Shown here: piece by piece, positions 1-14,210 of the stretch
Position numbering within the stretch: the stretch's first letter is position 1
How the letters are laid out: the number at the start of each line of letters is the position of its first letter
DNA from: Sphyrna mokarran
Lineage: Eukaryota
Assembly: GCA_024679065.1 (NCBI GenBank)
Contig: JAGIQG010000009.1
Coordinates: forward strand, 66,216,001 to 66,280,000
Direction of reading: 5' to 3'
Length of the DNA: 64,000 bases
Translations under genes and position numbers: made by a program
Notes under the pieces: model-generated
The model's database searches: none
The model's input: the letters and a program-made list of their open reading frames with translations, nothing else
Told to the model about the DNA's origin: nothing

Positions 1-355
1 ACCATTCCATGGAGGGTTCTGGTGCAAGGCTCACCTCCACTTGGTCAGCCATCTGTAATGTTGGAAGAAAGTGAGTCGGGAGGTTTGGAACATCACTGTC
101 AACACTCAGCAACTTTGCTTCCTGGCAGCAAAGTTTCCGACGGGTGTAGGCCCCATGGGGTAAGAACAGAGATTGTGGATTCTTGGGTATTAAGAGACAT
201 AACAGATACAGGAATACTATAGGGAAAGTCAAATTGAGGCGGAAGATAAACCATGCAGGCACAGTGGTATAAGATTGAGGAGGCATTGGAAAAGTGGGGG
301 CGATCTGGTGGAGGCAGAGGCTGAGAGAATGGAGTTCTGTCCTCGTATGCCCTTT

Positions 356-658
356 CATAGTATAGTACAGTGCAGGAAGCAGCCATTTGGCCCATCAAGT
401 CTGCACCAACCCCAAATCCCACTCACATCCTATCCCCATAACCCCATGCATTTACCCTTGCTAGTCCCCCTGACACTAAAGAGCAATTTAGCATGGTCAA
501 TGAACCTAACCTGCACATTGTTGATCTGTGGGAGGAAATAGGACTACCCAGTGGAAACCTACGCAGATGCTGGGAGAATGTGCACACTACAGGCCAGGAA
601 TCGAACCCAGGTCCCTGGCATTGCGAGGCAGCAGTGCTAACCACTGTGCCATCTGCTG
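356..658 (-). mobile_element. HE1/V-SINE-like tRNA-derived SINE
   Basis: Head TGGCACAGTGGTTAGCACTGCTGCCTC, B box GGTTCGATTCC, core shared with many copies in the window. Confidence 0.85.
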
Positions 659-779
659 CTCTTTGATGTACCTGGGAACTGAGCACTCTGATGGAATGGA
701 GAGAAAAGTTGTACCTCAAAACTTCATGCCACAAAGTGTCTACTTGATGCACTGACTCCTGGGATAGGAACATTGTCCT

Positions 780-1216
780 ATCAGATGTGATTAAGTGGAC
801 TAGGCTTCTATTATCCAGAACTTAAGAGAACGTGAGATGATCTAATTGAAGCATTTAAAATTCTTAAAGGACTTGAAGGGTGGCTGGTGGGAGTGTGATT
901 TCCTCTGGCTAGGGAATCTAGAACTAGGGGTCACAGTTTCAGAATGAGTGGTTGGCCACTTAGCACAGAGATGAGGATAAACTTCTGCACTGAAAGGGTT
1001 ATGAAATACTTGGATTTGCTCTCCAGGAGAGTTGTAGATGTTCTGTATTTTCAGGACAGAGATTATGGATTTTTGGATATTAAGGGATTCAAGAGATATG
1101 GGGGTAGTCCAGGGAAAGTGAAGTTAAAGTGGAAGATAAACAATGATCTTAGCGAACAGTGGAGCAGACCTGAAGGGTTGAATGACTTTCTCTTGATTCT
1201 ATTCCTTACGGTCTAA
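780..1216 (+). mobile_element. Decayed CR1-type LINE 3' fragment
   Basis: DLIEAFKILKG-like and NFCTERV motifs of the ORF2 C-terminus plus 3' tail. Confidence 0.75.
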
Positions 1217-1455
1217 TGTTTTGATGGAAAAAGTGGTCCTCAGATTTCCTATACGCTTAAGCTACACAGATTGTACCTCATTTGCAATCTGCAACCTGTT
1301 TTTCTCATTGTTCACATAGAGCTTGGTCTCTTTACTCCTGTCCTATGTCCAATATACCCTCTGACCGCAGGTCCTGACCCTCCTATTGGAGGACCTTGAC
1401 ACATTTTGTTTTGTTAAAGGTGCAATTTAAATATAATCTATTGTTTGAAAATGAA

Positions 1456-1581
1456 GGATGGAATTTTCCCATCATGCCTGCCATGGGAATTGTAGTGGGC
1501 AGGATACAGACCATACAATGGCCTAATGACCTCGGGTGGGATTTTCCATTCTTGGGATGAGTGCAGCTAGAAAATCCTGCC
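1456..1581. mobile_element. Short MITE-like element (GGxTGGAATTTT...AAAATCCxGCC ends)
   Basis: Imperfect TIRs; related copies at 7971-8063, 10212-10340, 16965-17089, 32308-32433, 45263-45376, 54596-54772. Confidence 0.7.
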
Positions 1582-3087
1582 TAAGAAGTCCCATAAAAGG
1601 CAATCAAACTGCTGATGATTGAAATCCTTGTCCTGAACATAAAGAGTGGAAAAAACATTTTCGGTCACATCATGTTAAGATATCCTCATGTCTGGTCCAA
1701 AATATACTTTGCTTTCCTAAGGACACTACCCCACTTCACTCCCATGAGACTCATGGTCTGATGGTCTTTACTGTTGATCTGCAAAGATGCAGATAGATTC
1801 AAAAACAGCTCAGGAGTGCTGGTGTAACCATGTACGCAACCTCACGAAAGGGATGCCACTAAGAAATGAGAAAACAGGGAAGCCTCGGTGCTGGTTTTAA
1901 GACAAAGCTATAAAACAGGTGGTTATGTTGAATCCACCACACTTGCCTATATTTAGACAGTAGAAGTTGCTTCTTGATTACTGATGCAGTGTGAGTCAAT
2001 TAAAGAGCTGTGTGTAAACCATTTCCATTAGTCTCCAAGTGCCTAGCTTCATAATCATGGCACCTCAGCCGATGTGCATTGTAAGCAATAAGCTGATTTA
2101 TTTCAGAATTTGCCTCCGTTTGGAGGCAAAAATCGGCCAGTTTAGGGAAATATTGCAGAGACGATCGATAGGAAAGCCTGCCCTCATTCCCATGTGGTTT
2201 AACACAGGCCCACGTTTACCTCCAATCAGCAACAAGAAAGAAAGTAAAAGATATTTCTGAATGACTCAATGGCCACACAGAAGCTTCTGTTCTCTGTCAG
2301 TACAAAAAATACTGTATTTTTCATCACAAAATACTTTCTTATTTATATAAAGAAAGTGAAAGAGAGCTCGGTCTGGGCATGCATATAAGCTTTGGCCATT
2401 CCTGCTAATTCAGGGATGCACGACTGTGTAATATTCTTTAATTGATTGGAAAATGGGGCTGTGATTGGGGGATGGGGGGTTTGCACTTGGGGAAAGTACA
2501 TTCTCCACATTCAGTTACGGTATTGGCATAAATGACAATGAAACAGAGCTCAGTGCTACATACAGAACAAGGAGCAGATACAATTCTCTCAACTCTTATT
2601 GCCCGAGTGCCTCTTGCAACTTTCAACATACTTGTGGATTTTAAAGGAAGTTCTGCAGTCAGACTGTCAGCTACTTTTTAACAATACTTAAACAACCACG
2701 GAGAACCACAGATTATACTCAGCGCTCAACCATCTTGGTAACAATTTGGCCACATTTTCCCGCAGGCTGCACAGTACTACTAAAAAAGGGTGAAAATGCT
2801 TTGACAATCTACTTTCCTTCACCTTTGGCACTTGGAGGATAACCTATTATATCTCATCATTAAATATGACACTCTTTACTCTGCTGAGGGTTCCAGCCAC
2901 AGCTCCCTGGGTAAATGGTAATAGAAGGCGATCCACCAGGCCTGAACTAATATGAAGACGTTTCATGTCTCCACCCTCTGCTGCTGCCTATTTAACCTTG
3001 TCCATTTTTTTTAAATGTATCTCTGCAGTCAAGGGGTGTCTTCAACTTTCAGAGTTCAAGCTCCTTCTTTCACCAAAAATCCTGCAA

Positions 3088-4238
3088 GGGGGCAATCTTA
3101 CCAAAAAAGTTCTCAATCCAGGATAGGCAGGAAAACAGGTACGTTTCTCACCCATTTCGTTGGGCAAGTTCAAATTCAGAATCTTGTACACTTAGTGCAT
3201 GAAAAAATGAGCTAAACTATTCCTCACCTGTAGGGAGAGGGGGGGCAGGGCTTAAATCACGAGCCAGCCTCCTGTAGCAGCAAAGGGCACTATTGCACTA
3301 GTGCAGACCTCTATGGCTGCGCAATGGCAACCAGCGGAGGTCTGAGAGAGTGAGAGAGAGATCTTAGAGATCTGTCAGGCCTCTGCTGCTGTCAGGCCTT
3401 GACTCAGTACCCCCCACCCCCCCACCCCCCACCCCACTGCCCCAGCTATTGCAAGGGCCCATGGCCAACTGTGAGCTCCACACCCTGGAAATGTCATCCA
3501 TTGCACCCCCCCCCCCCCCCCCCCCACCCAGACAATCGCCCTCTTCCCTCCCTATTGACTTGCAGAGTGGCAGTGCCACCCCTCCCCTTTCCCATTGATC
3601 GCCTGCAAAACAGTAGTGGGGTCCCCCTTCCCTTCTTCATCAATCGCAACCACAGAATGTCTGCAAGGCCCTCCCGTCCATTCCCCACCGAGCGCAACTT
3701 CAGAGTGAAAGTCTATTGGCCCCCAGTTAGGTCTCACTCACCAGAATGCCCTTCCCTTTAGTTCCTGCCCCCTTGGTACCATTCAGTGCCCGGTGGACAA
3801 TGCCAGAAAGCCAGGTTGGCACTACCCAATGGGCATTCTCCCCTTGCTCCCAACTTCTGGAAGTCCTTACTGGCCTCCGATTCATTAAGACTGGTTCTCA
3901 GTCATGCAGACCAGATGTTTTCCTCACTCCTGGTGAGGCTACAAAGGCAAAAGTAAGGGCAGAGTTTTTTTTAGTTTACTTGGGGCTTCACACTTTGAAT
4001 CCAGATGATAAAATCTCGGGCTCACTAATTCCATTTAAATAAGCTTCAGCCTACATTTAAATAACTTATTGCATCTCATACCGGAAATGGGCACGAGGCT
4101 GAACTCGCTGGATATTCGGTTCCGATAAGATCGTGAGAGGTGAGAAATTGGATGGGCACCTAATTTCTCGGCTCTGGCGCTACATTACTAACTCACTCTG
4201 ACTGACTGACAGCGGGGCACGATGGTAAGATTGCCCTC
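3088..4238. mobile_element. Non-autonomous TIR element, PIF/Harbinger-like
   Basis: GGGGGCAATCTTACCA (3088-3103) and TGGTAAGATTGCCCTC (4223-4238) form a 15/16 inverted match; C-rich interior. Confidence 0.75.
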
Positions 4239-4686
4239 CCATACCTTTCCTTTCCAGACTTGTTTAGGATGCCAATTAAGAGTTAGAACAGAACACATCT
4301 TGAAGCGGTATGTTTCTTAGCACAGAATGGTCTTAGAATGAACCAATTTATTTGCCACAGTTTTCATCTCAGAAATAAATGGTGAGCCATGACTCAGGGA
4401 TGAAGGCAAATTTGAATGATAAGTTTTAATTCCTGCTTTGCAGAAGAGTTTTGATTTGTATATATTTTGAATAAAATCCATTTCCCCAAGCAGCTTTCAG
4501 GCTGGCCTTGATTCCAGGATTCAAAGCGATGGGCCCAGTCAATGGAGTGGTCTGTCAGTCAGGGATACCCAAATAGAGGGTCTCCACTTCGAGTGGAAAA
4601 TTGATGACTTAAATCTCTCACAATTTATTTCATGTAAAATGGTGCCAATTTCAGATTTTCCATTTTGGACACATTACAGGACCTGG

Positions 4687-5158
4687 ATGGCACAGTTACC
4701 AATGGTTAGCATTGTTGCCTCATAGCACCTGGGACCCAGGTTTGATTCCTGGCTTGGATTACTGCCTGTGCAGAGTACGCACATTCTCCCTTGTCTATGT
4801 GGGCTTCCTCCTGGTACTGGGGGAGGCAATGACCTGGTGGTATTATCGCTAAACTATTAATCCAGAAACTCAGCTAATATTCTGGGGATCCAGGTTTGAG
4901 TCTCACCACGGCAGATTATGGAATTTGAATTCAATAAAAAATATCTACTGATGAACATGAAATTATTGTTGATTGTTAAAAAAACACATCTGGTTCATTA
5001 ATGTCCTTTACGTAAGGAAATCTGTCATCCTTATCTGGTCTGGCCTGCATATGACTCCAGAGCCAAAACAAAGTGGTTGGCTCTCAACAACCTTCTAAGG
5101 GCGTGTCGGCAATAAATGCTGACCAGCTAATGATGTACATGTCCCATGAATAAAAAAA
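4687..5158 (+). mobile_element. HE1-like SINE 5' part followed by a second tRNA-derived SINE family with GGCAATAAATGCT tail
   Basis: Second family recurs at 11115-11305 (-), 43685-43950 and 47075-47375, sharing GGAATTTGAATTCAATAAA. Confidence 0.75.
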
Positions 5159-5164
5159 AGCTGT

Positions 5165-6057
5165 AATTAAAGTAGGGAAGGTGATGAAAGGGAATTGAAT
5201 GGAGGTGTTCAAACTCATTTGATTTGATTTATGTAGGGTTTAAATGGACTAAATAAAGAGAAACTGTCCATACTGATGGGAGGAAGATAAATGAACAGAG
5301 GACGCAGATCCAGAATAATTAACAAAAAAACTGATGGGAAGGGGGGGGTAGAGTTGCAATGAGATTTGTTTTTAATGCAGTGCCACCATTTTCTACATCA
5401 TAACCAATTCTCATTCAATATATAGCATATGGAATGCTCTCCTTCATTGGCAGAGATATAGAATATAAAAATAAGGATGTAATGTTGGAATTGTATAAAA
5501 CACTGGTGAGGGTGTAACTGGAGCATTGTGTGCATTCTGGTCATTATATTACTGCAAGATATAACTACTCTGGAGAGACTGCGGAAGAGGTTTGCAAGAA
5601 CGTTGCCAGAGCTGGAAAAGTGTAGCTATGAGGAGAGGTTGGGATTATTTTCCTTGGAACAAAGAAGTCTGAGGGGTGATTTGAGAGGGATGTGCAAAAT
5701 TATGAGGGGAAGAGATAGAGTGGACAGGATGAAATTGTTTCCCTTGACGGAGAATTCTAGAACCAAGGGACATAGATTCAAGATGAATGGTACTAAATGG
5801 AGAGAGAACATGAGGACAATCTTTTTTATGCAGAGGGTAGTGGGTTTCTGAAATTGATTGCCTGCATTGGTGGCGGAGGCAGAGACCCTAAACTCTCTTA
5901 AAAAGTACCTGGATCTGTACTTTAAATGTTCTAAGCTACTGGGCTATGGGCCGAGTGCAGGAAGATGCCTTTGAAAAGAGCACCTTGGTGTCCTTGGCCT
6001 GGCATGGACAAGATGGGCCAAATGGCCTTCCTCCATGTTGTAACTTTTCTATGGTTA
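5165..6057 (+). mobile_element. CR1-type LINE 3' fragments
   Basis: LERLRKRFARTLPEL...YEERLGLFSLEQRSLRGDL...FFMQRVV. Confidence 0.85.
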
Positions 6058-8289
6058 TAATATGGCTGCTGAACTCAGCTCTGCCTATCAAGGTGGCCAC
6101 AGGAAGTCACATGACAGACTGATGCAGAATCAGCAAGGATCATCTGTCTAGCCTTATCAGACCATATAAGCCGAGTGCTGAGCCCTGTCAATGTAGGAAG
6201 CTTTACGGTGAAAGCCAGTGAAAATGTGACTGTGTAAATGCACCACATGCTTTGTCAACAATGAACTTGATTGAGAATTTGACTAAGGATTGGATGAAAA
6301 CCACCTTGACAGCTGGCACCTTTTCTGCTTTCACGTATAAGGAATTAGCTATGTGCCTTTGTATGGGTTAATTAATAAATTCTTTATTAATTGGACTTAA
6401 GACTTCTGGGTACCCATGTTATATTGCGGAACCCTGCCTATAGCATTGCCTGACCCCTTGAAACATCACAACAGTAATCTTAATAAAAGTATGGGGATGT
6501 GGGGAAAGAGTGAGCCAATACAACTAAGTTGACAATTCTTTTGAATTAGCAGGAACAAGCATGGATGACCTCTTTCTTGCTGTAAAATTCTGAGCTTTGA
6601 GTCTCCCTGTGACTTACTTTTCCCATGACAACGAATGCCCATAGTCATATTATAATGTCAACAACATCAGTTCTTGCTAGCATCAGAAAGTAGTGGAGGG
6701 ACAGGCTAGTGAAGTTAAAAGCATTTCTCACGTATAAACATTCAAAGCTATTGTTTCAATATTATGCTGTCTTAAAGAGCAGCGTCTTGATGAAAAACTA
6801 CTTGGCAAGACCTTCGTTTGTTTTGAGTGTATAGAGTAAAAGGGTTTGTAATTCATTTTCAGCACAGTGACACCTAAGATATGTCACTGTCTACATGCAG
6901 CCTGCAGTTTTAAATAAGGTTTGGCCAAATATTTTTCAAAAAGCCTTTTCAATATATCCCTTTGCCTTAGAGCTCCCACAAGGTAAACAGCTTGCATTTG
7001 ATGTTTTTCTCTCCCCTTGTTTCATCAAAAAAAATTAAAGCAGAGTTGTCTTTTAAGGGAGTGCTTTGGTAAACCTTCTGCTAATTATTGGCCAGCACGG
7101 TGTCTTCCTGTACAAGGTGCATCGCTGTGTGAAGCATCGCTGTGAGCCAAGAGGACGCACAGCTTCTTCCTCAAGGAGCAGATGCCCTTTAAACAGTATG
7201 GGGGAACGATCAAAGAGAAATCTCAAATGAAACACTGCTGTTATAAACCACACAAAAAAATACCCCAGCAGCTCTATGCAGTGGTTGAGGAAACCAAGCT
7301 GAAAGTCCAATTTATACAGAACCCGCTACTGAGCCACTGGACTGAGCTAATGAGGCTGGCATTTCACAGGCAACCTTCATTTAATCTCCTCTGCAGCACT
7401 AGGCCTAGTGAGGCTAATAAACCTTCACTTTACATCCAGCATTATTCATAATCCATTTTAAATGCCACATAGTTGAGGCTGGTTTAAAGAATATGTTCGT
7501 AAGGAGAAATTACGGCATATACATATATAAAAAAGCAAACACAAAGTAAACCTTGCTTCTGGCAAACCACGTTTTTAAAAAAAAATCAATGTAGTGGGTA
7601 AAATATTAGAATAAGAAGTACCAGTTTATGTACTACGTTGACTATATGTACATCGATTATCCACAACAGAAATTATTATTTGATTTACAGTTGCTTCTCC
7701 TGCAGCTTGACCAGGGCACAGAGAATGGGAAAGTGCTAACAAGCAGCCATTTGATGCTCACAATATGAAGCAAATTTAATGCACTCCAATTATTCACAAA
7801 GCCAATGCCTATAGACCTCTACAAATCAGCCTCATTGATCACAGGATTTTAAGGGGAAAAAACAAATATTTTTCACGTAACTAATTCCAAACAGAAGAAT
7901 CTAAAGTGAACAAAGAGGAGGCGCAATGAATAGATATGAAGTGAATCACAATTCCGAGGTCAGACTTAATGGCTGGAATTTTACCATACTCCCATCATGG
8001 GAATCGGAGCATTTGAGGGGTGGAACATGGTTTCGGGATGAGCAAGCCCTTAAAATCCCACCCAATATGTCCAATGTTCCATTATTAAAGGGAAATAAAA
8101 TCAACTATCCAGTGAAGATTTTAATGTGTAATGTATAGTATCTGTCATGTATAGGCCACCTACTGTACCTGATAGTGAATCTGTACAACAGCACAAAAAT
8201 CAATATGTCATGACTCAAATTAGCAGCACTGTCACCTCAAGTCAAAAGATTCCACATTCGACCTCACGACCTGATCATTAAAAACAATC

Positions 8290-8632
8290 AAGGCTGACAC
8301 TCCAGAGTGGTGTTGATGGAGTGCTATACCTGTTAAAGGTGCTGACCTTCCGATGGATGAAACATTAACCAGCATCCTATCTGCCTCCCCCAGGTTGATA
8401 CAAAAGATCGCAAGGCACCTTTCAAGGAACAATAGGGAAGTTATCACTGATAACCTGGCCTACATTTCCCTCTCAATCAACATCACAAAAATAGATTATC
8501 TGATTATATCTCTTTGCTGTTTGTGGAGCCCCTTGCTGTGTTCCTTACATTATTACAATAACTACACTTCAAAAGTATTTAATTGGATTTAAGGTGTCAT
8601 GAAAAGCATGAAATAAATGCAAGATTTTCTTT
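8290..8632 (+). mobile_element. Deu-SINE (SacSINE1/AmnSINE-like) remnant
   Basis: Deu-like core CAATCAACATCACAAAAATAGATTATCTG...TTGCTGTTTGTGG...ACTACACTTCAAAAGTA; related copy at 58140-58555. Confidence 0.65.
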
Positions 8633-8682
8633 CTAACGAATATATTCAACTATTTTCTGTTCACTACTCTGATTCTCATACA

Positions 8683-9608
8683 GACCATAAGAAATAGGAA
8701 CAGGAATAGGCCATTTGGCCCCTCGAGCCTGCTCCATCACTCAATAGGATCATGGCTGATCTGACATTCTTTATGTCCACTTTCCTGCCCTTTCCCTGTA
8801 ACACTCGATTCCCTTACTGATCAAGAATCTATCCATCTCAGACTTAAATATTCACAAGAACTCTTCCCCCACAGCTCTCTGTGGCAAGAAATGTCATAGA
8901 CTTTTAACCCTCAGGGAAAAGACTCCTCATTTCAGTCTTAAATTCTAAGACTATGCCCTCTGGCCCTATACTCTCCCATAAGGAGAAATATCCTCTCTGC
9001 ATTTACCCTGTCAAGCCTCTTAAGAGAATCTTACATGGTTCAATGAGATCACCTCTCATTCTTCTGAATTCTAATGAGTAGAGGTCCAGCCTGTTTAATC
9101 TTTCCTCAGAAGACAACCTCTCCATACTGGCAACACCATATTGAACTTTCTTTGAAACTGCCTCCAATGAAATAATATTTTTCCTTAAATAAGGGACAAA
9201 AACTGCTCCCAATGTTCCAGATATGATCTCACCAATACCTTGCACATTTGCAGCAAGACTTCCCTACTCTTGCACTCCAACTTTCATGAAATAAGGGCCA
9301 ACATTCCATTAGCTTTCCTGATTACCTGCTGCATCTGTGTGCTAGCTTCCTGAGTTTCACAGACAAGTACCCAAGCCTCTTTGTACTGCAACTTTCTACA
9401 ATTTCTCTCCATTTAAATAATATACTGTTCTTTTGTTCTTCCTTCCAAAGTGAACAACTTCATGTTTTCCCACATCATATTCCACTTGCCACCTTTCTTC
9501 TCCACTTACTTAACCTATCAGTATCTCTTTGTAAACTGTATCCCTCTCTCAGCTTGCTTTCCCCCCTATTTTTATATCATCTACAAATATGGCTAAAGTC
9601 CATTCACT
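8683..9608 (-). mobile_element. CR1-type LINE 3' fragment
   Basis: EERLNRLDLYSLEFRRMRGDLIE motif and CTTATG tail. Confidence 0.85.
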
Positions 9609-9769
9609 TTCATGGTGAAGTGCAGAATCCCCACTCTAATATTAAATCCTTCAAATTATCCTTTCAATTTAACATAAATGCAGCATGACAATATGTTGCA
9701 ATTCATTGACAATGATACATAGATTTGGAAGCACCAAATTTATTGAGATTGAGACAGTTTATGAACTCA

Positions 9770-9968
9770 GCAGTTTGAGATTGTGGATTCTGCAAAGTAA
9801 CATTTTGAACCTGCAGAGATAGATTAAGGATTGTGCAGTTTGAGATTGTGAATTGTGCAAGTATTTTTGTGAATGCCATGTCACAATGTGCAATTGTGCA
9901 TTGTGCAGTCCGAGATTGTGAATTCTACAGAGTGAGACTGTGGATTCTACAGTCTGAGAATTCTGACA
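9770..9968. repeat. Degenerate ~20-bp minisatellite
   Basis: Recurrent GAGATTGTG(G/A)ATT(C/G)T(G/A)CA units. Confidence 0.65.
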
Positions 9969-12900
9969 CTCAAATTCATTTTTGATAGTATAGCATCTCA
10001 TCATACCAAGATTCTGAAAGCATATCCCATAGCAAATTGCTTTCGAAGCACAGTAACTGTCACACTATCATGTATGTTATAAATTAAGTTAAATAGTAAA
10101 TAGCTTATCAACGCTAAATACAGAACACTAAATCGAGGTACATTTTGATAAAAGAACATGGACATAAGCTCATTTGAGGAATGGCAACTCTGTAGCAGAT
10201 GTCTGGAACATGGGACAAATTTTATAACTCCGCTGTCATGGGAATCGGAGTGGGTGAGGGATAGAGGCCATAGAAAGGTCCGTTGACTTCAGGTGGGATT
10301 TTCCGGTTTCAGGGTGAGCGAGGCTGGAAAATCCAACTCTACATATTCATGTAATATGTCACAGGCTGGTGATAGCAAACCACTTAAGTGACAAAAATCT
10401 GTGCGGGGGATGGGGTGGGGGGAGCGGAGAAGTGGGCTGTGGTTTTGCACATTTTTCCAGATGGCTGATTAGGTCATGTGTTGCCAGGCCTTCATAACTT
10501 TGCACCCAATATCCTGACTTTACTTCTCACTCCCTTGTTTATCTTTGGTCTCTCTTGGGCTTGCACTCCTTGCTAGTAGCTAAGATATCTTTCCTCTCTC
10601 CCCACTTGAGGAAGTTTGCCCCTTCCTGATTCCTATCCCATCCCATTACTATACTTCCTCAATCCTTTTCCCCTGCAGTCATGATGGACATGAAGAACCA
10701 TAGACTGCACTCTTGCTGATATTCTCCCATTGCATTTTCTGACAGCCACCCTCACCACCACACTACTGAGTCTGCTGACAGATTTACAATCACTGCTCTC
10801 TTTGAATTTCCCTTCAGAATTACTTATGGACAAGACAGTTTCCTCCACATCCTGATTGTGATAACATATGTTGACATCGTGGCTCATGGATGTTGATCTC
10901 TTGTCCCTTAAGACAAACTTTGAAGCACTGTGTGAATTTTCTTCTGTTGGTAGCCATGCCCAGAATATCACAGCCAAAGAAAGTTTTCCAGACATTCTCT
11001 TACTAGTCTATGTACAATGCATGAGAAAAACAAATGTTCCATAGTGGAATCAGCCATTAAACCAATTTAACAATTGACTTGCAGAATAGAATGTTTATTT
11101 GCAGCTGTTTAATTTAATGTTTTTATTCGTTCAGGAAAATGGGCATCGCTGATGGCATTTATTGCCCATCCCTAACTGCCCCTTGAACTGAATTGCTTGC
11201 TAGGCCATTTCTGAGGTGAATCAGATGGATTTTTACAATAATCGACAATGGGGTCATGGTCATCATTAGTTTTTAATTCCAGATTTTTATTAAATTCAAA
11301 TTTCAAGTTTCAAGTAATTTGAGGCAGGAAGTGGCAAATGCTGCTTCATGCATGGGACGAAGTGGTGACTTTGAATTGCTGGTTTTGAAAGTTTTCCACT
11401 GGAGGATTTTTCTTGCCTCTTATCTGGATAATTGTAGACTCGTTTGTGGACTGTTTGATTGCTCTGATTAGTCAACAGCTCCAATATCATATCAAGCCAT
11501 CACCAGGTTGGTATCTGAAAATTCCTACGCTACCGTCCATTTATTGCCAAGCCTACAGACAGTTGCCACAACGTATTCATTCCCCTGGCTACCCAAACTG
11601 GGTCTGAGAATTCAAACATGAATGCTTGGTCTGTCACACAATGATCTACATGGGGTGCAATGGGAAATCAAATCTAATATTTATTGGGATGCACACAACC
11701 GACTGCAATTGTTGGGCAGGTTAGTGAGTTTAAAACCATAACCTTCAACTATTGCAGTTTGCAGAGAGCATCTCAAATCTCTTATGCTTCAATTCGTCCT
11801 CTCTTGTTCAAAATACACCACCATATTGGAATATTCAGCACTGACTATAAATAAAACAGCCATAAAAATGCAATCAAGGCTAGAATAGTAGATAAGATGA
11901 TTAGACAGTAATATGAAATCAAGGCGATTTCTATAATGCAGAAATCACAAGGGTAGAGCTAGAGTCATTTGTAAGCAGAATTTGACTCCTAATATTAAAC
12001 TGTCACCCAGAAGTCCCTTTTTCTGATATTGTTTCCAGCTGGAATTTATTTGCTTCCAGTTTTATGCGAGGTATATTCTTCTGCTCCAGATGTCATGCCT
12101 TGATTTAACCCACATTTAAAACAAATCCAAAAGACCCCAAATGCCTGAAATGTGAAACATCACTACAGCAGCGTTGCTTTAACTCTGGAGCATAAACACA
12201 TTGAAAGAATTCTGAACTCTCTGTCACCTCCTTTCGAAAAAAAGATTTTAGTTTGAACACAGTAATCATGAAAATCCTCTGATATTCCTCAATAAGCTAA
12301 TGAGATATTATAGTCATAAAATATCTATTCATCATATTAAAAATACATTTAAATAGCCTGTGATATAAAATAGTTCCCCTGGTTCCCTTCTCTCCCTATT
12401 CTTTTCCTTCCATTATTTGTTCCTATAATCAACAGCTCCTATTTTATCCTATTTCACCCTTTATCTTGCACCTATTTTGCTTTACACATTCAAAACTCTT
12501 TGTTGATAGGCCAAAAATGAGTTCCAAACCCTGTGTTATTTCACTAGGTTGACGGGAGATTAATGCTGGCCATCCTCATTCTGTCAGCTGAACGACAAGT
12601 TCAAAGGTCGAGTCTGTTTTGAGCTGACATTGCAGGCAAAGCATTCGACCAAATAACTTTTCACTATCCATCTAGGAGACTGGGGTGTGATCAATGCGAG
12701 GTCATTAGTCTGACTAACGGCAACTGAAAGAAAGAATTTCCTTCCTCATCCATCATAACCCAACACTGTTTCAGATTAAAGGTCAATTTCTTCCCTCATC
12801 CATACCATTGTGCAAAAGTAGACAGCATTTACTAGCTCACGGTACATTAAAGTCCTTGTGTTGGGGAACTTCACTGCATGGGTTACATGGAATGCTATCA

Positions 12901-13209
12901 CAACACAGAGTGGACAATTCTTCTGGGTCTTAACCTGCCAAAGCCAATGATAATTCATGTGTCCCTCAAGTCAATAACCAACTGATTTTTATTTATGGTG
13001 GGGATCTCTGCTGCAGCCATGAGTGGCTAATTTTGCTTTGTGGCAGGGAAAAGATCCAGAATGCCCTGGATGTGATCTCTGTCCTTCTCTCTTGCGTATC
13101 TTCACACCCAGACAATGTTTCTTTTACCTTTAAGGGAATAGTGGGGGAAGTAGAAAAAGTATTGATTATAAACCCGTTGAATCGCATTAAACTCTCCTAC
13201 TCTGGGCAA

Positions 13210-13286
13210 CAAGTCCTGGGGTCGGATTCGAACCCGGAGCTTCTGGTCTAGAGATAGGAATGTTATCACAGTGCCACAAGGCCTCC
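13210..13286 (-). mobile_element. tRNA-derived SINE head downstream of the NOS1AP stop
   Basis: Perfect B box GGTTCGAATCC (13224-13234), degenerate A box, no full cloverleaf. Confidence 0.6.
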
Positions 13287-13633
13287 TGGATGTGACGACA
13301 TCACATGATAAAAGTGTGATGTTCGTGTGTATCCAAAACAAAATTAAAATGATTTGCCAAACATTTTTTTCTCAAAGACAGGGCTCAAAATGTCGAATAA
13401 ACCTTCCTGAAGCTGATTGCACGGTAGTGGACCTGCTGCCTCCACATTTTGGAAGAATGCAGGACATTTCTGTGCTAGACAGTGCTTTAAAAAAAATACT
13501 TCTCATGCAACATGGAACAGGTCTGGATTTAGGGGTGCAAAGTCTTCACAAGCTGTCACATTCTCACCTGCATTGCAAATAGTGCTTGCAGTAATTAATT
13601 TTCAGAGAGATGCGCAACCAAGAGTTACAAAAG

Positions 13634-14021
13634 CTTTCAAATATCCACCATTAGTGTTCATGTGACCGCCAAGGTTATTCCCAAAGTGACTATGACAAGA
13701 GAACAAGCATCAGATACAGACACTCCACTCCTGTCTGTTGCTAACCGACAAAATATGTAATTGGTAAGTAAAGTGCTGGTGTGGCCAGCAGATAGGATGG
13801 AATGTTTGCTGTTACAGCGATTGTGACTACAATACACAAGTAACCACTTTATTGATGGTTCAAAGGCTTCAGTATAAAGAGGCATTACCTACACTGATCA
13901 GTTTGGCTAATTGTCTATAATTTTATTTCTGCAGTCATCTTCAAATATTTCTAAGTTTCTACCATTTCTCAAAGTTTAAAGAATATGAGGATGCTTCAAT
14001 TTCATTTATTTAAACTTAGGA
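13634..14021. repeat. Copy 1 of local diverged direct duplication (in proximal NOS1AP 3' UTR)
   Basis: Colinear with 14802-15185. Identical blocks include CCAAGGTTATTCCCAAAGTGACTA, TTACAGCGATTGTGACTACA and TTGGCTAATTGTCTATAA. Confidence 0.92.
13848..13853 (-). promoter_or_regulatory. Candidate NOS1AP proximal polyadenylation signal
   Basis: AATAAA on the minus strand ~360 nt after the stop, followed by GT-rich GTGGTTACTTGTGTATTGTAGT. Other AATAAA hexamers lie nearby, so usage is unproven. Confidence 0.35.
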
Positions 14022-14210
14022 AACTAGATATTTAAAGAAGCAAGGTACAGGTTGATTTTTAAAACAGATTGCATTACCATCACTTTAAATCAACAGGATA
14101 ACGTCAGGACTGAAAATCCCTCACTGTTATTTACATGTGACAGCTCTGTTTGGCTGATCCTTGGAAATGCATCACGTTTAGATTTCTCTCAGAAACAGAA
14201 CCAGTGGCTT

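Noticed and set aside
1-11000. Downstream NOS1APc/C1orf226-type exons, including ORFs 10633-10995 and 7053-7310
   Set aside because: No similarity to that protein that I could recognise and no convincing splice signals.
13210-13286. tRNA gene
   Set aside because: The B box is perfect but the acceptor and anticodon stems do not pair; it is a SINE head.
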